Assembly: GCA_964291395.2 (NCBI GenBank)
Contig: OZ219858.1
Location: 1 to 64,000, forward strand
DNA from: Alphaproteobacteria bacterium
GTDB lineage: Bacteria > Pseudomonadota > Alphaproteobacteria > UBA2966
Length of the DNA: 64,000 bases
Direction: 5' to 3'
Within the stretch, counting starts at the first letter, position 1; the number at the start of each line of letters is the position of its first letter. Below the pieces are notes generated by a model. The model was given only the letters and a program-made list of their open reading frames with translations, was not told the origin of the DNA and did no database searches. Shown one piece after another: positions 1 through 11,551 of this stretch. A program made the position numbers and the translations under genes.

Positions 1-2879
1 AACGGCACCGGCACGACTTCCGCTTCGAGAAATCGCCCCTGGCCGATCTTGATGGGGAAGCTCGCGCCGATCTCGGCCTGCGCAGGCGCGACATAAGCCA
101 ATCCGATGATGCATCCGAGCGCCTCTGAACGCGCCGCGGACGTGACACGTCCCGCGATGCCGTTGCCGTACAAGGTGAGATGGCATTCCTCGGGCACGGG
201 TGCCTTGGGATCGTGGATCGCAAACCCCACGAGTTTGCGCATCAAGGGGCGGGCCTCGTGCACCCGGTTTGCCCGTCCGCCGACGAAGAAGGGCTTCTTG
301 CGGGAGATCGCCCACGTCATGTTGGCCTCCGCCGGATAGGTCAGACCATCCGTGTCCTGGCCGATGATGACATGGCCCTTCTCGAGGCGCAGCACGCGTT
401 GAGCCTCCAACCCGAAGGGCCGGATGCCGTGGGCCTCGCCCGCGGACATGAGCGCGTCCCACAGAGCCTCGCCCTGGCTCGAGGGAACGTGAATTTCGAA
501 CCCCAGTTCCCCGACGAATCCGATCCTCAGCAGGCGCGCGGGAATTCCCGCGACATGGCCGGTCCGAACATCCATGTAGGGAAAGGCATCTGGGGAGAGG
601 TCGATGTCGTCGGCCAGTGGCACCAGAAGCCTGCGCGCCTCGGGACCCGCCAGGCTCACGGCCGCGTAGGCGTTCGTAACATCCGAAATATCGACGGCAA
701 GGCGCCACTGCGCGTTCCACCACAACATCTCGCGATAGACGTCGGATGCGCCGCTCGAGGTCGTCGTGACGTAGAAGTGCCGTTCGTGGAACCGGCACGT
801 CACCCCGTCGTCCACGATTACACCAGTCTGATCGCACATCATGAGGTACCTGCTACGGCCCACGGGCTGGCGAGCGTAGGTAAACGTGTACATGCGGTTC
901 AGGAATTCCGCTGCGTCCGGTCCCCGAATCTCGATACCACCAAGCGTGGAGACATCGAGCATACCGACGCCGCCGCGCACGGCCCTGACTTCCTCCCGAA
1001 CGGACTGCTCGCGATCGTGAGGAGCGCCGTAGAACGACGGCCGCATCCACGGCCCCGCGACCATCATCCGGGCGCCCGCCTCGAGATGGCGATGGTGCAT
1101 CGGCGTGCACCGTACCGGTTCGAAATTGCGTCCCGCCAATACGCCGAAGGTTTCCGCGGTGTACGGCGGCCGCACGGTCGTCGGAGGCGCATCCGCCAGC
1201 GAACGCCCCGTGGCGCGGTACACGAGACGCAGTGTGTTGAGCGCCGAGTGCCTGCCCTGACTCGGCCCCATTCCGACGGTCGAGTAACGTTTCGTGAGTT
1301 CGATGTCGTCGAAACCATCCGCGCAGGCGTTGAGAATGTCCTGGACCTGCAGGTCCTCGTCGAAGTCGACGAAGTCCTTGCCGTCTTCATGAGGGAACAA
1401 TGGCCAATCGTGGTTCCGGTCGTCCGCGCCTCTGGCTTCGGGCACCGCCGGTTCCGCACCGGCTTCGAGGCCCAGGGCCGCGGCCGCGCGCCAGCCCGCA
1501 TGAACCCCTTCCGCGAGCACCGTGTCGAGCGCGTGGGAGCCGTTTACCGAGCCGGCCGCATGGCCGTGCGCGGGCAGGTTATGCGGAACGAAGGTCGAGG
1601 TCTTCTCGTCCATCGCCAGCCGGCCCCCGTCGTGACAGGGCAGTTGGCCGGCCGGCGCGTATCCCACGGACATACAGACGAGATCGCAATCCACGGTTTC
1701 ACCGCCGCGATACGTGCCCCGTCCCTCGATGCGGGACAGCACCGCGCCGCGGACCGAGCGGCCACCGTCCCCGGGATCGCGGAGCTGATGGTGCAACCCG
1801 TCTCGACACGCATCCCCGTTGCCTTGGCCGCCGCGGCCATTTCGCCGGCATCGGGTTCGGCCCGGAGATCGGCGATCGCGCCGATCTGAACGCCCGCATC
1901 GGCCAAGTCCAGAGCGACGCCGTAGCCGTCGTCGTTGGCCGTCGCGACGACCGCGCGCGTCCCGGGGCGGACCCCGTAGAGACGGATGAGCCGCTGTGCC
2001 GCGGTACCCATCATGACGCGCGGGAGATCGTTGTTTCGGAACACGAGCGGCTGCTCCATGGCGCCGGTGGCAAGAACGACCTCTCTCGCCCGGACCTTGA
2101 ACATCCGGTTCCCGCGAATCAGCGCGACGAAATTATCCGCGAACCAGCCGTTGGCGACGGTACCCGTCATCACCTGAATGCCGTCTTGAGCCGCCACGCT
2201 CTCCACGAGGCGTCGCCGTTCCCGCGCGCCGGCCTCACCGGCGGCGTCGAAGCGGGCGTAGTTCAAGGCTCCTCCGAGAATCGGATTCTCATCGACGAGG
2301 ATGACTTCCGCGCCGGCCTTCGCGGCCGCGACCGCGGCGCTCATTCCCGCCGGGCCGCCGCCGATCACGATGACGTCGCTGAACAGGTAGGCCTTGTCGA
2401 AGTATCCATGCGGGGCCGCCTCGTCGACACGCCCCAGCCCCGCCTTGCGGCGGATGAACGGCGCCCAAAACCTCCAGGCGCCGCGGGGCTTGTAAAATGC
2501 CTTGTAGTAGAAGCCGACGGGCAAGAACCGGTGCAGCCATCCGACCCACGTTCCCCGGTCGTGCGCGAGGCTGCCCTCGTAGTTCTGGTCCCCGAACATC
2601 AAGACCATCGCTGACGGGTTCGACGTCCGCCGGAACGTTTGGACGGCCGGGGAGCTGCACCAGAGTGTTCGCGTCCTGGCCCGTCATGGTCAGCGCCCCG
2701 CGCGGGCGGCGGTATTTGAAGGAACGCGACAGCACCCAAATGTCGTTGGCGGCCAGCGCGCTGGCGATCGTATCGCCGGCGCAGCCATCGACCGGCTGCC
2801 CTTCGAACTTGAACGTCCGGGTCCGCGACCTGTCGATGAGCAGCCCCGCCGGCGCGGAAAGGCGATTGATTCCCGTCAT
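1..2879 (-). CDS. mgdC: N-methylglutamate dehydrogenase subunit C-like (sarcosine oxidase alpha family); two apparent frameshifts (~2590, ~1770), 3' end runs off the window
   Basis: Three frames join into one SoxA-like protein: GDTIASALAAN..SRSFKYRRPRG, then GFYYKAF..GGGPAG, then DCDLVCMSVG..KDFVDFDED..RLEKGH. Lies downstream of mgdA/mgdB-like genes. Confidence 0.8.
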
Positions 2880-3181
2880 GTCCCCCCGCCTTCACCGCTG
2901 GGTACGGGGAACGAAGCCCGTTCCGTAAAGACGTCGGAAGACGGGTAGGTCCGGACGATCTCGTCCGTCGCGGTATCTCGCTCCGCGATAAACCAATAGG
3001 CGGTCGCGACGTGAAGCCACCATTCGCGCACGACGCCGCGCCGATTGTCCTCGAGGAACACGTGATCCGCCCATTCCGCATCGCTGGCCGTCTCGGGATC
3101 CGGCATGCCGACCACCTCCCCACCGTAGACGAACTCGGAGATGTTCCGTGGACCGTTCAGCGGACAACGCATGATCTTCAC
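2876..3181 (-). CDS. mgdB: N-methylglutamate dehydrogenase subunit B-like (sarcosine oxidase delta family)
   Basis: GTG start giving (M)KIMRCPLNGPRNISEFVYGGEV..REWWLH..FIAERDT; stop overlaps the next start (ATGA). Confidence 0.8.
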   Translation of the reverse strand: MKIMRCPLNGPRNISEFVYGGEVVGMPDPETASDAEWADHVFLEDNRRGVVREWWLHVATAYWFIAERDTATDEIVRTYPSSDVFTERASFPVPSGEGGGT

Positions 3182-3198
3182 GGCTTTCCCCCCGAACC

Positions 3199-4440
3199 CT
3201 AGTGCCCCACCGACGACGCGCCGCGTTCCCCGAGCTGTTCGAACGTGTCGAACCGGTCGAGGCGGAACGGCAGCAGGATGTCCGGGACCCGTCCGGTGGC
3301 GATGGTCTCCGCCATACGCTTGCCCGAGACGGGCGTCGCCTTGAATCCCCAAGTGCCCCAACCAGAATCGACGTAGTAGTTCCCGATCGGAGTCGATCCC
3401 ATGACGGGGCTGAAATCGGGCGTCATGTCGGCGAGGCCCGCCCACTGTCGCAGCAGGCGCACTTCGCTCAAGAAGGGGAACAGCTCGAGCATGTGACCCA
3501 TCATCCCCTCCTTGAAGTCGAGGCTCGAACGGGTCGAATACAGCGTGTAGGGATCGGTCGGGCCGCCCATGACCAGCTCTCCCCGGTCGCTCTGCGAGAC
3601 ATACACGTGGAGGCTGCCGGACACGACGATGGGATCGAGAAACGGTTTGAGGGGCTGGGACACGCAGGCTTGCAGCGGGATCGTCCGGATGGGCAGCTTG
3701 AAGCCCGCGATCGCCGCCATGACCGAGGAATGACCGGCCACGGCTTGCAGAACCTTACCGCAGGACACCATGCCCCGAGTGGTTTCCAGACCCGTGACGC
3801 GCCCGCCTTCCTTCAAGACGCCCGTGACCTCGGTCCGCTGATGAATTTCGACGCCGCGCCGCGCCGCGTTCGCGGCGTATCCCCACGCCACGGCGTCGTG
3901 CCGCACGATGGCGCCCGGTTCGTGATAGAGCGCGCCCATGATCGGGTAGCGCACGTCATCCGAAAGATTGAGCTGCGGACAGATCCGGGCGATCTCGTGC
4001 GGAAAGATCAACTCGGACTTGACGCCGAGATGCTTGTTGACTTCCGCCCGCCACCGGCTGGTGCGCAAGGCCGCGTCGGTGTGCGCGAGGGTGAGGTGGC
4101 CCCGCTCGGAGTAGAGGATGTTGTAGTCCAGCTCGTTCGACAGGTTTCGATAGAGCCGCACCGATTCGTCGTAGAAGCGGACGCCTTCGGGCGTTAGGTA
4201 GTTGGAGCGGATGATGGCGGTGTTTCGCGCCGTATTGCCGCCCGCCAGGTATCCCTTCTCCAGGACGGCGACGTTGGCGATGCCGTGTTCCTTGGCGAGA
4301 TAGTAGGCCGCCGCGAGCCCGTGCCCGCCGCCGCCGATGATGACGACGTCGTAGGACGGCTTGAGCTCGGTCGCGACCGGAACGTCGCGGCGGGCGGGGT
4401 AGCGCCGCCGCAGACCGTATTTCAACAAGCCGAAAGGCAT
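3199..4440 (-). CDS. mgdA: N-methylglutamate dehydrogenase subunit A-like (sarcosine oxidase beta family, FAD)
   Basis: MPFGLLKYGL N-terminus, GGGGHG FAD motif, GGNTARNTAIIRSNY, GWGTWGFKATP; 413 aa. Confidence 0.8.
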   Translation of the reverse strand: MPFGLLKYGLRRRYPARRDVPVATELKPSYDVVIIGGGGHGLAAAYYLAKEHGIANVAVLEKGYLAGGNTARNTAIIRSNYLTPEGVRFYDESVRLYRNLSNELDYNILYSERGHLTLAHTDAALRTSRWRAEVNKHLGVKSELIFPHEIARICPQLNLSDDVRYPIMGALYHEPGAIVRHDAVAWGYAANAARRGVEIHQRTEVTGVLKEGGRVTGLETTRGMVSCGKVLQAVAGHSSVMAAIAGFKLPIRTIPLQACVSQPLKPFLDPIVVSGSLHVYVSQSDRGELVMGGPTDPYTLYSTRSSLDFKEGMMGHMLELFPFLSEVRLLRQWAGLADMTPDFSPVMGSTPIGNYYVDSGWGTWGFKATPVSGKRMAETIATGRVPDILLPFRLDRFDTFEQLGERGASSVGH

Positions 4441-4610
4441 GGACCTTCAGGACTCCCGGACGAGACGAAGATGATTCTCGAACAGAATGTCATAGCAGGA
4501 AACTCCGGCGCATGCTCCCGTTGCGACGGAATCCCGCTCGACGAGACGATTTTCGATCCTCGGATGCCCGAATATGGCATCTTGACACGGGGCCCGATGG
4601 AAACACTTCG

Positions 4611-6742
4611 ATGGCTATGTCAGAGCGGTTCAATACCAACCCCTTGCCTCCCCCGGTGGCCGAGCGCCGCGAGACGGCGACCACGCGCCATGGCCATGTC
4701 GACCGGGATCCTTACGCGTGGCTGCGAGACCCGGATTGGCGGGAGGCGACGCGCGACCCCTCGTGCCTCTCGTCCAGGATTCGCCGGCATCTGGAAACGG
4801 AGAATGCCTACACGGACTCGGTGTTGGAACCAGCCGCCGATCTTCGCACGTTGTTGTACGAGGAATTGAAGGCCCGCGTGAAGCAGGACGACGGGTCGGT
4901 CCGTTCCCAGATGGCGACTACCTCTACTACCAGCGCTACGTGGAGGGAGGCCAGCATCCGGTGTACTGCCGGCGCCGAAAGGGATCGGACGTCGAGGAGA
5001 TTCTGGTCGACGGCAACCGGGAAGCCGGATCTTCGGGATACTTCCGCGTGGCACGGTGCCGCCACAGCCCCGACCACCGCCTCGTCGCCTTTACCGCCGA
5101 CCGCAACGGATCCGAGAACCATGAACTTCTGATCCGGGACCCGGAGACCGGCGGCGACCTCGAATCCGTGTCCACGTCGGCCCACGGTGACTTTGTCTGG
5201 TCGGCGGACAGCCGAACGGTCTTTTACACGGTGCTCGACGAACACCACCGGCCGAACAGGGTGTTGCGCCACCGCCTCGGCGAAGATCCGGCGAACGATG
5301 CCCTCGTCTATCTGGAACCGGACCCCGGCTTTTTCATCGATCTCGACAAGACCGAAAGCGGCCGGTTCATCGTGATTACGGCGCGGGACCACGCGCTGAC
5401 GTCCGAACTCAGGGTCGTCCCCGCGCGCGCTCCGACCGACCACCCCATCGTCATCGCCGCCCGCGAGCCGGGCGTCGACTACTCCATCGGCGACCACGGC
5501 AGCCGGATCCTGATCCTGACCAATGCGGATGGCGCGGAGGACTACAAGATCGCCGAGGCGCCTCTCGAGACCCCCGGCCGTGCCCATTGGCGGGATGTCA
5601 TTCCTCACGAGCCGGGGCGAATGATCCGGCGGCTCGTCCTGTTCAGGGACTTCTTCGTTCGTCTGGAACGGGTGAATGCCCTGCCCCGGATCGTCGTGCG
5701 GTCGTCGAGGAGCGGGGAGGAGTTCGAGATCGATTTCGACGAGGAGGCGTACGACCTCGGAATCAGTCGCGGGTTCGAATACGACACGACGACCCTGCGT
5801 TTCACCTATAGTTCGCTCACGACGCCGCCGCGCACCTTCGATTTCGACATGGAGTCGCGAGAGCGTGTGCTGCGCAAGGAACAGGAGATCCCGAGCGGTC
5901 ACGACCCGACCGACTACATCGCGCACCGCTTCAACGCGACGGGCCACGACGGAGTGGAGATACCGGTCTCCGTCCTGCGCCGGCACGATGTGGAAGCCGA
6001 CGGCACGCCGCCCCTGCTCCTCTACGGGTACGGCTCCTACGGCATGAGCATTCCCGCTTCGTTCTCGCCCAACCGGTTCAGTCTGGTCGATCGCGGTTTC
6101 ATCTACGCCGTCGCCCATGTCCGCGGCGGCATGGACCGGGGATATCCGTGGTATCGGGACGGGAAGCTCGAAAACAAGGCGAATACGTTCAAGGACTTCA
6201 TCTCCGCGGCGGAGGCGCTGATCGACCGGAAGTACACGGTCGGGGGATGCATCGTGGCGCATGGCGGCAGCGCCGGGGGCATGCTCGTCGGCGCCGTCAT
6301 CAACATGCGGCCCGACCTGTTCGGCGCGGCCGTCGCGGAAGTGCCGTTCGTCGATGTGCTCAACACGATGTCAGACGATTCGCTGCCCCTTACGCCGCCC
6401 GAGTGGGTCGAGTGGGGAAACCCGATTACCGACGCGGAAGCCTGCCGGCGCATGCGCGGCTATTCGCCCTACGACAACGTCACCGCGCAGGACTACCCGC
6501 CGGTCCTGGCGACAGCCGGCGTCTCGGACCCGCGCGTGACCTACTGGGAGCCCGCTAAGTGGATCGCCAGACTCCGCGCCCTCAAGACCGACGATAATCC
6601 GGTCCTCCTGCGGACGAACATGGGCGCAGGCCACGGGGGTGCCGCCGGGCGGTTCGAGCGCCTGGATGAGGTCGCTCTGATCTATGCCTTCATTCTGCGG
6701 GCGCTGAACAGGGGTGACATGACTCATGGAACCCGCCCTTGA
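4611..6742 (+). CDS. ptrB: oligopeptidase B (S9A prolyl oligopeptidase family), one apparent frameshift near 4900
   Basis: DPYAWLRD and ENAYT in the first frame; LLYGYGSYG, GGSAGG (catalytic Ser), DPRVTYWEPAKW and GHGG in the second. Confidence 0.9.
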
Positions 6743-6880
6743 GACGGCACCGGAATGACCTACGCATTTACCGAAACCTGAAAGAAGGATGCGAACACGA
6801 GCGTCACGAACACGGCAATAGGGAGCGGTAGTTCTTCAAGGTCTTGCCAATCTATGGCACGAGGACAACCGATTGGAACC

Positions 6881-6907
6881 GGTGTCGGATCCCGGGTCCG
6901 ACCGGGG
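6881..6907. repeat. short palindromic intergenic repeat (GTCGGA-N6-GTCCGA family)
   Basis: GGTGTCGGATCCCGGGTCCGACC; related copies at seven or more other intergenic sites. Confidence 0.6.
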
Positions 6908-6921
6908 CGACAAGGACGAGA

Positions 6922-7728
6922 TCAGGGTTCGGAACCGGGCATCCGGTTCTTGAAGGCCTGCAAGTAGTCCGCTTCGGTCGAAACGCTTGCGCCGGTGAGG
7001 CGAAGGGCCGCCCGAACCTCCGCTAGCGACGGGTCGGCGAGCGCAGCAAACAACCCCTCGCGCAGGCGCGTCGCATCATCCGTCGAGGTTGCGGCACCCG
7101 TCACGAATGGCAGCGCTGGAACGGGCGGCGACGTCGCCAGGATACGCGTTCCTTCGACCTCGTCGGGCGCTCGGTCCGACAGCAACGCGTGCGTTACGCA
7201 ATCGATAGCGCAGACATCCGCCTCGCCGGTCCGAACGCCGCGGATGGCGGCGCGATGCGATCCCGTCTCGATGATCCGGCCGAAATAGGAGTCCCGAGTC
7301 TCCCCGGAGGGAAGCAAGCGAGGCCACACGTGAAAGCCGGAATAGGAGTCGGGACCATTGAAGGCGAGGCGCCCTCCCCGCAGCCCGTCGATGCTCTCTG
7401 CCGCGGCGTCCGCCCTCACCAGGACATGACTGGCATACCGGGAGCCATCGCACCCCGGTGCGCCGTAATGGGGAGCCGCGACCAGCCGGACATCCCCGGC
7501 GATCAGGTTCACCAGGGGATGCCCGCAGGTCTGGCTGAACAGGAGGTTCGGCGAGCGCCAATGGCCGTAGACGTCCCTTGGCCACGTCAGCATCCTCGGG
7601 ACGCCAGCGATGCCACACTCCTCCAGGTGCCGCGCGACCCCCGCCCACCAGATTTCTGTCGCGGTCCGCAATTCGGCAATTCCATACATGGGCAGGCTGG
7701 CGACATGCCGGACCGGTTCAAGCGACAC
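6922..7728 (-). CDS. PhnD/SsuA-like substrate-binding-fold protein, no evident signal peptide
   Basis: ASLPMY, FSQTCGHP, SYSG, TGSHRAAI, AIDCVTH motifs; start overlaps the end of the XRE gene. Confidence 0.75.
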   Translation of the reverse strand: MSLEPVRHVASLPMYGIAELRTATEIWWAGVARHLEECGIAGVPRMLTWPRDVYGHWRSPNLLFSQTCGHPLVNLIAGDVRLVAAPHYGAPGCDGSRYASHVLVRADAAAESIDGLRGGRLAFNGPDSYSGFHVWPRLLPSGETRDSYFGRIIETGSHRAAIRGVRTGEADVCAIDCVTHALLSDRAPDEVEGTRILATSPPVPALPFVTGAATSTDDATRLREGLFAALADPSLAEVRAALRLTGASVSTEADYLQAFKNRMPGSEP

Positions 7729-8602
7729 GCGCTGCCTCTTGGGAGCCGCCAAGCTCCACGAGGCCGTCCCTCAACTCCGAGAGGAACGGCACGAGTTCGG
7801 TCGGCTGGATGACGGCCGCGCGAATGAGTCGGTCGAAGTGACCGTTCAGTACCGAGATGTGCTCCGTCGTGTTGAACACCAGATAGAACTGCCCGACGTA
7901 GAGCGCGGCGCGCTGATGTCCGAAGATCGTATATGGCGCGGAGTAGTGCGTCAGTCCATCGAAGAGGTACATGCGCAGGCTGGGATAGAGTTCTTCGACC
8001 ACCTCGATCAATCGGTCGAGCTGCTGGACGCGCGCGGGGGTCTTCAAGGTGCACCATATCCCGGCGCCGCCCGCGAACGTCTCCAGAGCTTGGCGCGACA
8101 TGCATATCTCCATGTCCGTCTCGGGCAAGCGAAAATGCTCCAGCTTGTCGCGCGAGGCGCTGATCGCGCGATCGGGGGCCCTGGTCTCGAAGTGACGGTA
8201 TTCGTGTCGCAGGACCTCTTCGGTCTTCGCGAGGTCCGGAACCGTTGTCGGCACGTAGCGCACCTTGTAGCCGGCGGCCTCCTCGAACCAGCTGACCAGC
8301 TGCTCATCGACGGGCGTCCGTGCGCTCTCGGCGATCTGGAGCGACTCGTGGATAATGTCGGCGCCAAGCTTGTCGACGTGACTGAGGCCGAGAAGCCAGT
8401 CGAGACTCACCTGAAACTCGGCCGCGACGGCCGCGATCGTATCCGCGCGGGGCAGCCGGTCCATGTCCTCCGACAGCAGTTGGGTCAGGGTGGAGCGGTC
8501 GATACCCACGCGACGCGCGAGCGCCGAGCGCGATGACCCCGAACGCCCGAGGACTTCGGTCAAACGCGCGCGAAACGTGCGGGAAACCTCTCTTCTATCC
8601 AC
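7718..8602 (-). CDS. XRE-family HTH transcriptional regulator with C-terminal sensor domain
   Basis: SRSALARRVGIDRSTLTQLL..VSLDWLLG HTH; 294 aa. Confidence 0.85.
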   Translation of the reverse strand: MDRREVSRTFRARLTEVLGRSGSSRSALARRVGIDRSTLTQLLSEDMDRLPRADTIAAVAAEFQVSLDWLLGLSHVDKLGADIIHESLQIAESARTPVDEQLVSWFEEAAGYKVRYVPTTVPDLAKTEEVLRHEYRHFETRAPDRAISASRDKLEHFRLPETDMEICMSRQALETFAGGAGIWCTLKTPARVQQLDRLIEVVEELYPSLRMYLFDGLTHYSAPYTIFGHQRAALYVGQFYLVFNTTEHISVLNGHFDRLIRAAVIQPTELVPFLSELRDGLVELGGSQEAARVA

Positions 8603-8793
8603 GAGGCACCATCCAGTTCATCCGTTTATTTTATTCTCATCTTGTGGTTTTTCATAAACGTATTCTCAAAATTACCTCGTTCAGTGACTGAACGTTACAA
8701 TTCCCACGTTGCGGCAATCCGATCCCTTGCATAGCAATGGTTTCGCCGAAATGGGGTCGGATCTGAGATTCGATCCCAGGTCCGACACGGGGA
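8603..8793. promoter_or_regulatory. AT-richer divergent promoter region between the XRE regulator and the desaturase
   Basis: Noncoding, visibly A/T-enriched, between divergent starts; contains a repeat copy at 8753-8792. Confidence 0.5.
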
Positions 8794-9732
8794 ATGATCA
8801 TGACGCGTGCCAGGTGTCTGGGTGAGCAGCCGGCTTCGTTCTGGCGGCGCTGGGAAGCGCCCACCTGGCTCGTCGTCGTCGCGGTCTACGGTTGCTGGCT
8901 GGCGCTGACCTACCATGCGGCATCGCTGCCATGGTGGATCCTGGTGCCCGCCGGCGGTTGGGTGGTGTGCTGGCACGGCTCGCTGCAGCACGAGGCGGTG
9001 CACCGGCATCCGACCCGGTCCGACAGGATCAACGGCGTGATCGCCTGGCCACCCCTCGCGCTGTGGATGCCCTACGAGATCTACCGCGAAACCCACCTCG
9101 CCCACCATGGCTGTCCGGTCCTGACCGATCCACTCGAGGACACGGAATCGTTTTACATCCGGGAGGCGTCCTGGAAGCGCATGAGCCGCACACACAGGGC
9201 CGTCTTGTCCTTCAACCACACCCTGCTCGGCCGGTTGGCCATCGGCCCCGCGCTCGTCGCCGGCACGCACTGGCGGGCTGAATTGCGCCGCATCGCTTCC
9301 GGGGACTTCACCCACGCGGGCATCTGGATACGCCACGCCGTCGGCGTCGGCCTCGTTCTCGCCTGGGTTACGCTCGTTTGCGACCTGCCCACCTGGCAGT
9401 ATGCCGCTCTCTTCGCGTACCCCGGCTTGTCGCTCACGCTGTTGCGCTCGTATGCCGAGCATCAGCCGGCGAGCGACAGGAAGCAGCGCACCGCAATCGT
9501 CATCGGCGGCCCGTTGAGCGGTCTGCTTTACCTAAACAACAATCTCCACGTGGTCCACCACGCCCACCCCGGTCTCGCCTGGTACGCCATTCCGGATGAA
9601 TTTTGTGGAAGGCGCGACATCTACACGTCGCAAACGGGCGGGAACGTCTACGCCGGCTATCCGACGATCTTGCGCCGATTTCTACTTCACGCCCGCGACT
9701 ACCCGGTACACCCGGAACATCGGCCCGCGTGA
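8794..9732 (+). CDS. membrane fatty acid desaturase-family di-iron protein
   Basis: His boxes HEAVH, HLAHH and NNNLHVVHH; hydrophobic helices. Confidence 0.85.
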   Translation: MIMTRARCLGEQPASFWRRWEAPTWLVVVAVYGCWLALTYHAASLPWWILVPAGGWVVCWHGSLQHEAVHRHPTRSDRINGVIAWPPLALWMPYEIYRETHLAHHGCPVLTDPLEDTESFYIREASWKRMSRTHRAVLSFNHTLLGRLAIGPALVAGTHWRAELRRIASGDFTHAGIWIRHAVGVGLVLAWVTLVCDLPTWQYAALFAYPGLSLTLLRSYAEHQPASDRKQRTAIVIGGPLSGLLYLNNNLHVVHHAHPGLAWYAIPDEFCGRRDIYTSQTGGNVYAGYPTILRRFLLHARDYPVHPEHRPA

Positions 9733-9751
9733 GTCCCGAAGGAGGAATGCC

Positions 9752-10810
9752 ATGAGCGGGGAATCATCAGGCCCCGGCGAGGGTCTCCTTGAGCGCCTGT
9801 CGGAAGGTCCCGTCATCTGCGCCGAAGGCTACCTGTTCGAACTCGAACAACGGGGTTACGTCTCGGCCGGTGCCTACGTGCCGGAGGTAGTCCTCGAGCA
9901 TCCCGGGGCGATCGAGCAGCTCCACCGCGAGTTTCTGCGTGCGGGCTCGGACGTCATCGAGGCGTTTACCTACTACGGCCATCGCGAGAAGCTTCGCCTC
10001 GTCGGCAAGGAAGACGTGCTCGAAGACCTCAATCGTCACGCGGTTCGTATCGCCCGGAAGGTCGCGGACGAGGGGGACGCCCTGGTCGCCGGCAACGTGT
10101 GCAACACGAATGTCTTTCTCGAAGACAGCCAAAAAACCAAGGATGACGCCCGGGCGATGTTCGAGGAGCAGGTCGGCTGGGCCGTGGAGGAAGGCGTCGA
10201 CTGCATCATCGCAGAGACGTTCTCGTGGGCCGAGGAGGCGGAGATCGCCCTGGAAGTGATCAAGCAGACGGGATTACCGTCGGTGATCACCATGGCGATC
10301 CACCGCGAGCCAGAAACCTACGAAGGTCTCGCGCCCGAGGACTGCTGCAAGCGGCTAGAGGACGCGGGCGCGGATGTGGTGGGCCTCAACTGCATGCGGG
10401 GTCCCGGCACTATGCTGCCGTTGCTGCGCAAGATCCGCCGTGCGGTGAAATGCCACGTGGCGGCTCTCCCGGTCCCCTTTCGGACCAGCGAGGCGGAGCC
10501 CACCTTCCACCATCTGCACGATGCGAATTGCGGCTGTTTGCCCGAAGGTGGCACCTTCCCGACCGCGCTCGATCCCTTCACCTGCAACCGTTACGAGATC
10601 GCCGAGTTCGCCAAGGAAGCCGCGGACATCGGCGTGCATTACCTCGGCGTCTGCTGCGGTGCCAAGCCTCACCACATCCGCAGCATGGCGGAGGCTCTGG
10701 ACCGACGCCCCCCGGCCAGCAAATATTCGCCGGACATGTCCAAGCATGCCTACTTTGGCGACGCGAACCTGATCGGCGCGGAATACCGGAAACTCTCCAC
10801 CAGATTGTAA
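9752..10810 (+). CDS. betaine-homocysteine S-methyltransferase-like (homocysteine S-methyltransferase family)
   Basis: RBS AGGAGG; ELEQRGYV..PEVVLEHP..QLHREFLRAGS resembles mammalian BHMT; Zn ligands GLNC and GVCCG. Confidence 0.85.
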   Translation: MSGESSGPGEGLLERLSEGPVICAEGYLFELEQRGYVSAGAYVPEVVLEHPGAIEQLHREFLRAGSDVIEAFTYYGHREKLRLVGKEDVLEDLNRHAVRIARKVADEGDALVAGNVCNTNVFLEDSQKTKDDARAMFEEQVGWAVEEGVDCIIAETFSWAEEAEIALEVIKQTGLPSVITMAIHREPETYEGLAPEDCCKRLEDAGADVVGLNCMRGPGTMLPLLRKIRRAVKCHVAALPVPFRTSEAEPTFHHLHDANCGCLPEGGTFPTALDPFTCNRYEIAEFAKEAADIGVHYLGVCCGAKPHHIRSMAEALDRRPPASKYSPDMSKHAYFGDANLIGAEYRKLSTRL

Positions 10811-10909
10811 TTGCTTCCTGTGCCGATGGCGTCGAAGGGAATCGGTGTCAGACCCCATATTTATCGTTCGTCCGACACCTGTTCCCTACCCGACGTTTCT
10901 CTTCTGAGC

Positions 10910-11551
10910 CTATACCTCGATCACCTGGACGCCGTATTCGCCGGCGGCATCCTCGAGCCAGGCCCAGAGATAGTCTGCGAAGCTTCGCGTCACGTGGATC
11001 TCGAAGGACGCGCTGCCGTCGGCCTCGTCCGCCCGCCGATACAGGGTCACGGCCGCCCGTGCCAGCAGGCTCTGCGCGCAGTGCCCGGGCCGGAAGACGT
11101 CCGGATGCAGATCCAGCGGGCATCCCTTCATCAGAACGTCGCGGGCGTTCGGCCCCCGCAAGACGATGACCGTGCGTGCGTCGCTTACGTCGGCGACCGA
11201 TCCGCCGCAGCCCGCGGCCGCCGAGATCAATTCCCCGGCGAGCGCCTCCTCGGCGCCGGCGGCGGTTACGATCAGCCATTCAACGGGTGCCAACCAAAGA
11301 ACCCGCGGACCTTCTTCCAGATCGTCTTCCCCGGCCGATGTATTGGGAACGGTCGGCAACACGCAGCCGACAGTGCCTGAGGCGGCCTCCATGAACTCCT
11401 CGTTCCCGGGGTCGCCGCGCAGGTTGAGTTGGCCCAGGAATGTGCGCTCGCCAAGCCGCACGCCGGCATTGGACTTCTCTCGATCCGCCGCCGCCCGGGC
11501 GGCGAGACCGAGATGCGCCAACGCGCTCTGCCGCTGGTAGGGCTCAGCCAT
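10910..11551 (-). CDS. soxG: sarcosine oxidase gamma subunit
   Basis: QLNLRG, LWLAPVEWL, KGCPLDLHP, RSFADYLW; last gene of the BDAG order. Confidence 0.9.
   Translation of the reverse strand: MAEPYQRQSALAHLGLAARAAADREKSNAGVRLGERTFLGQLNLRGDPGNEEFMEAASGTVGCVLPTVPNTSAGEDDLEEGPRVLWLAPVEWLIVTAAGAEEALAGELISAAAGCGGSVADVSDARTVIVLRGPNARDVLMKGCPLDLHPDVFRPGHCAQSLLARAAVTLYRRADEADGSASFEIHVTRSFADYLWAWLEDAAGEYGVQVIEV

Noticed and set aside
180-1889. 569-aa plus-strand ORF, and many similar long antisense ORFs (e.g. 30356-32326, 48589-50607, 59486-61420)
   Set aside because: Shadows of real opposite-strand genes in high-GC DNA; no recognisable motifs.
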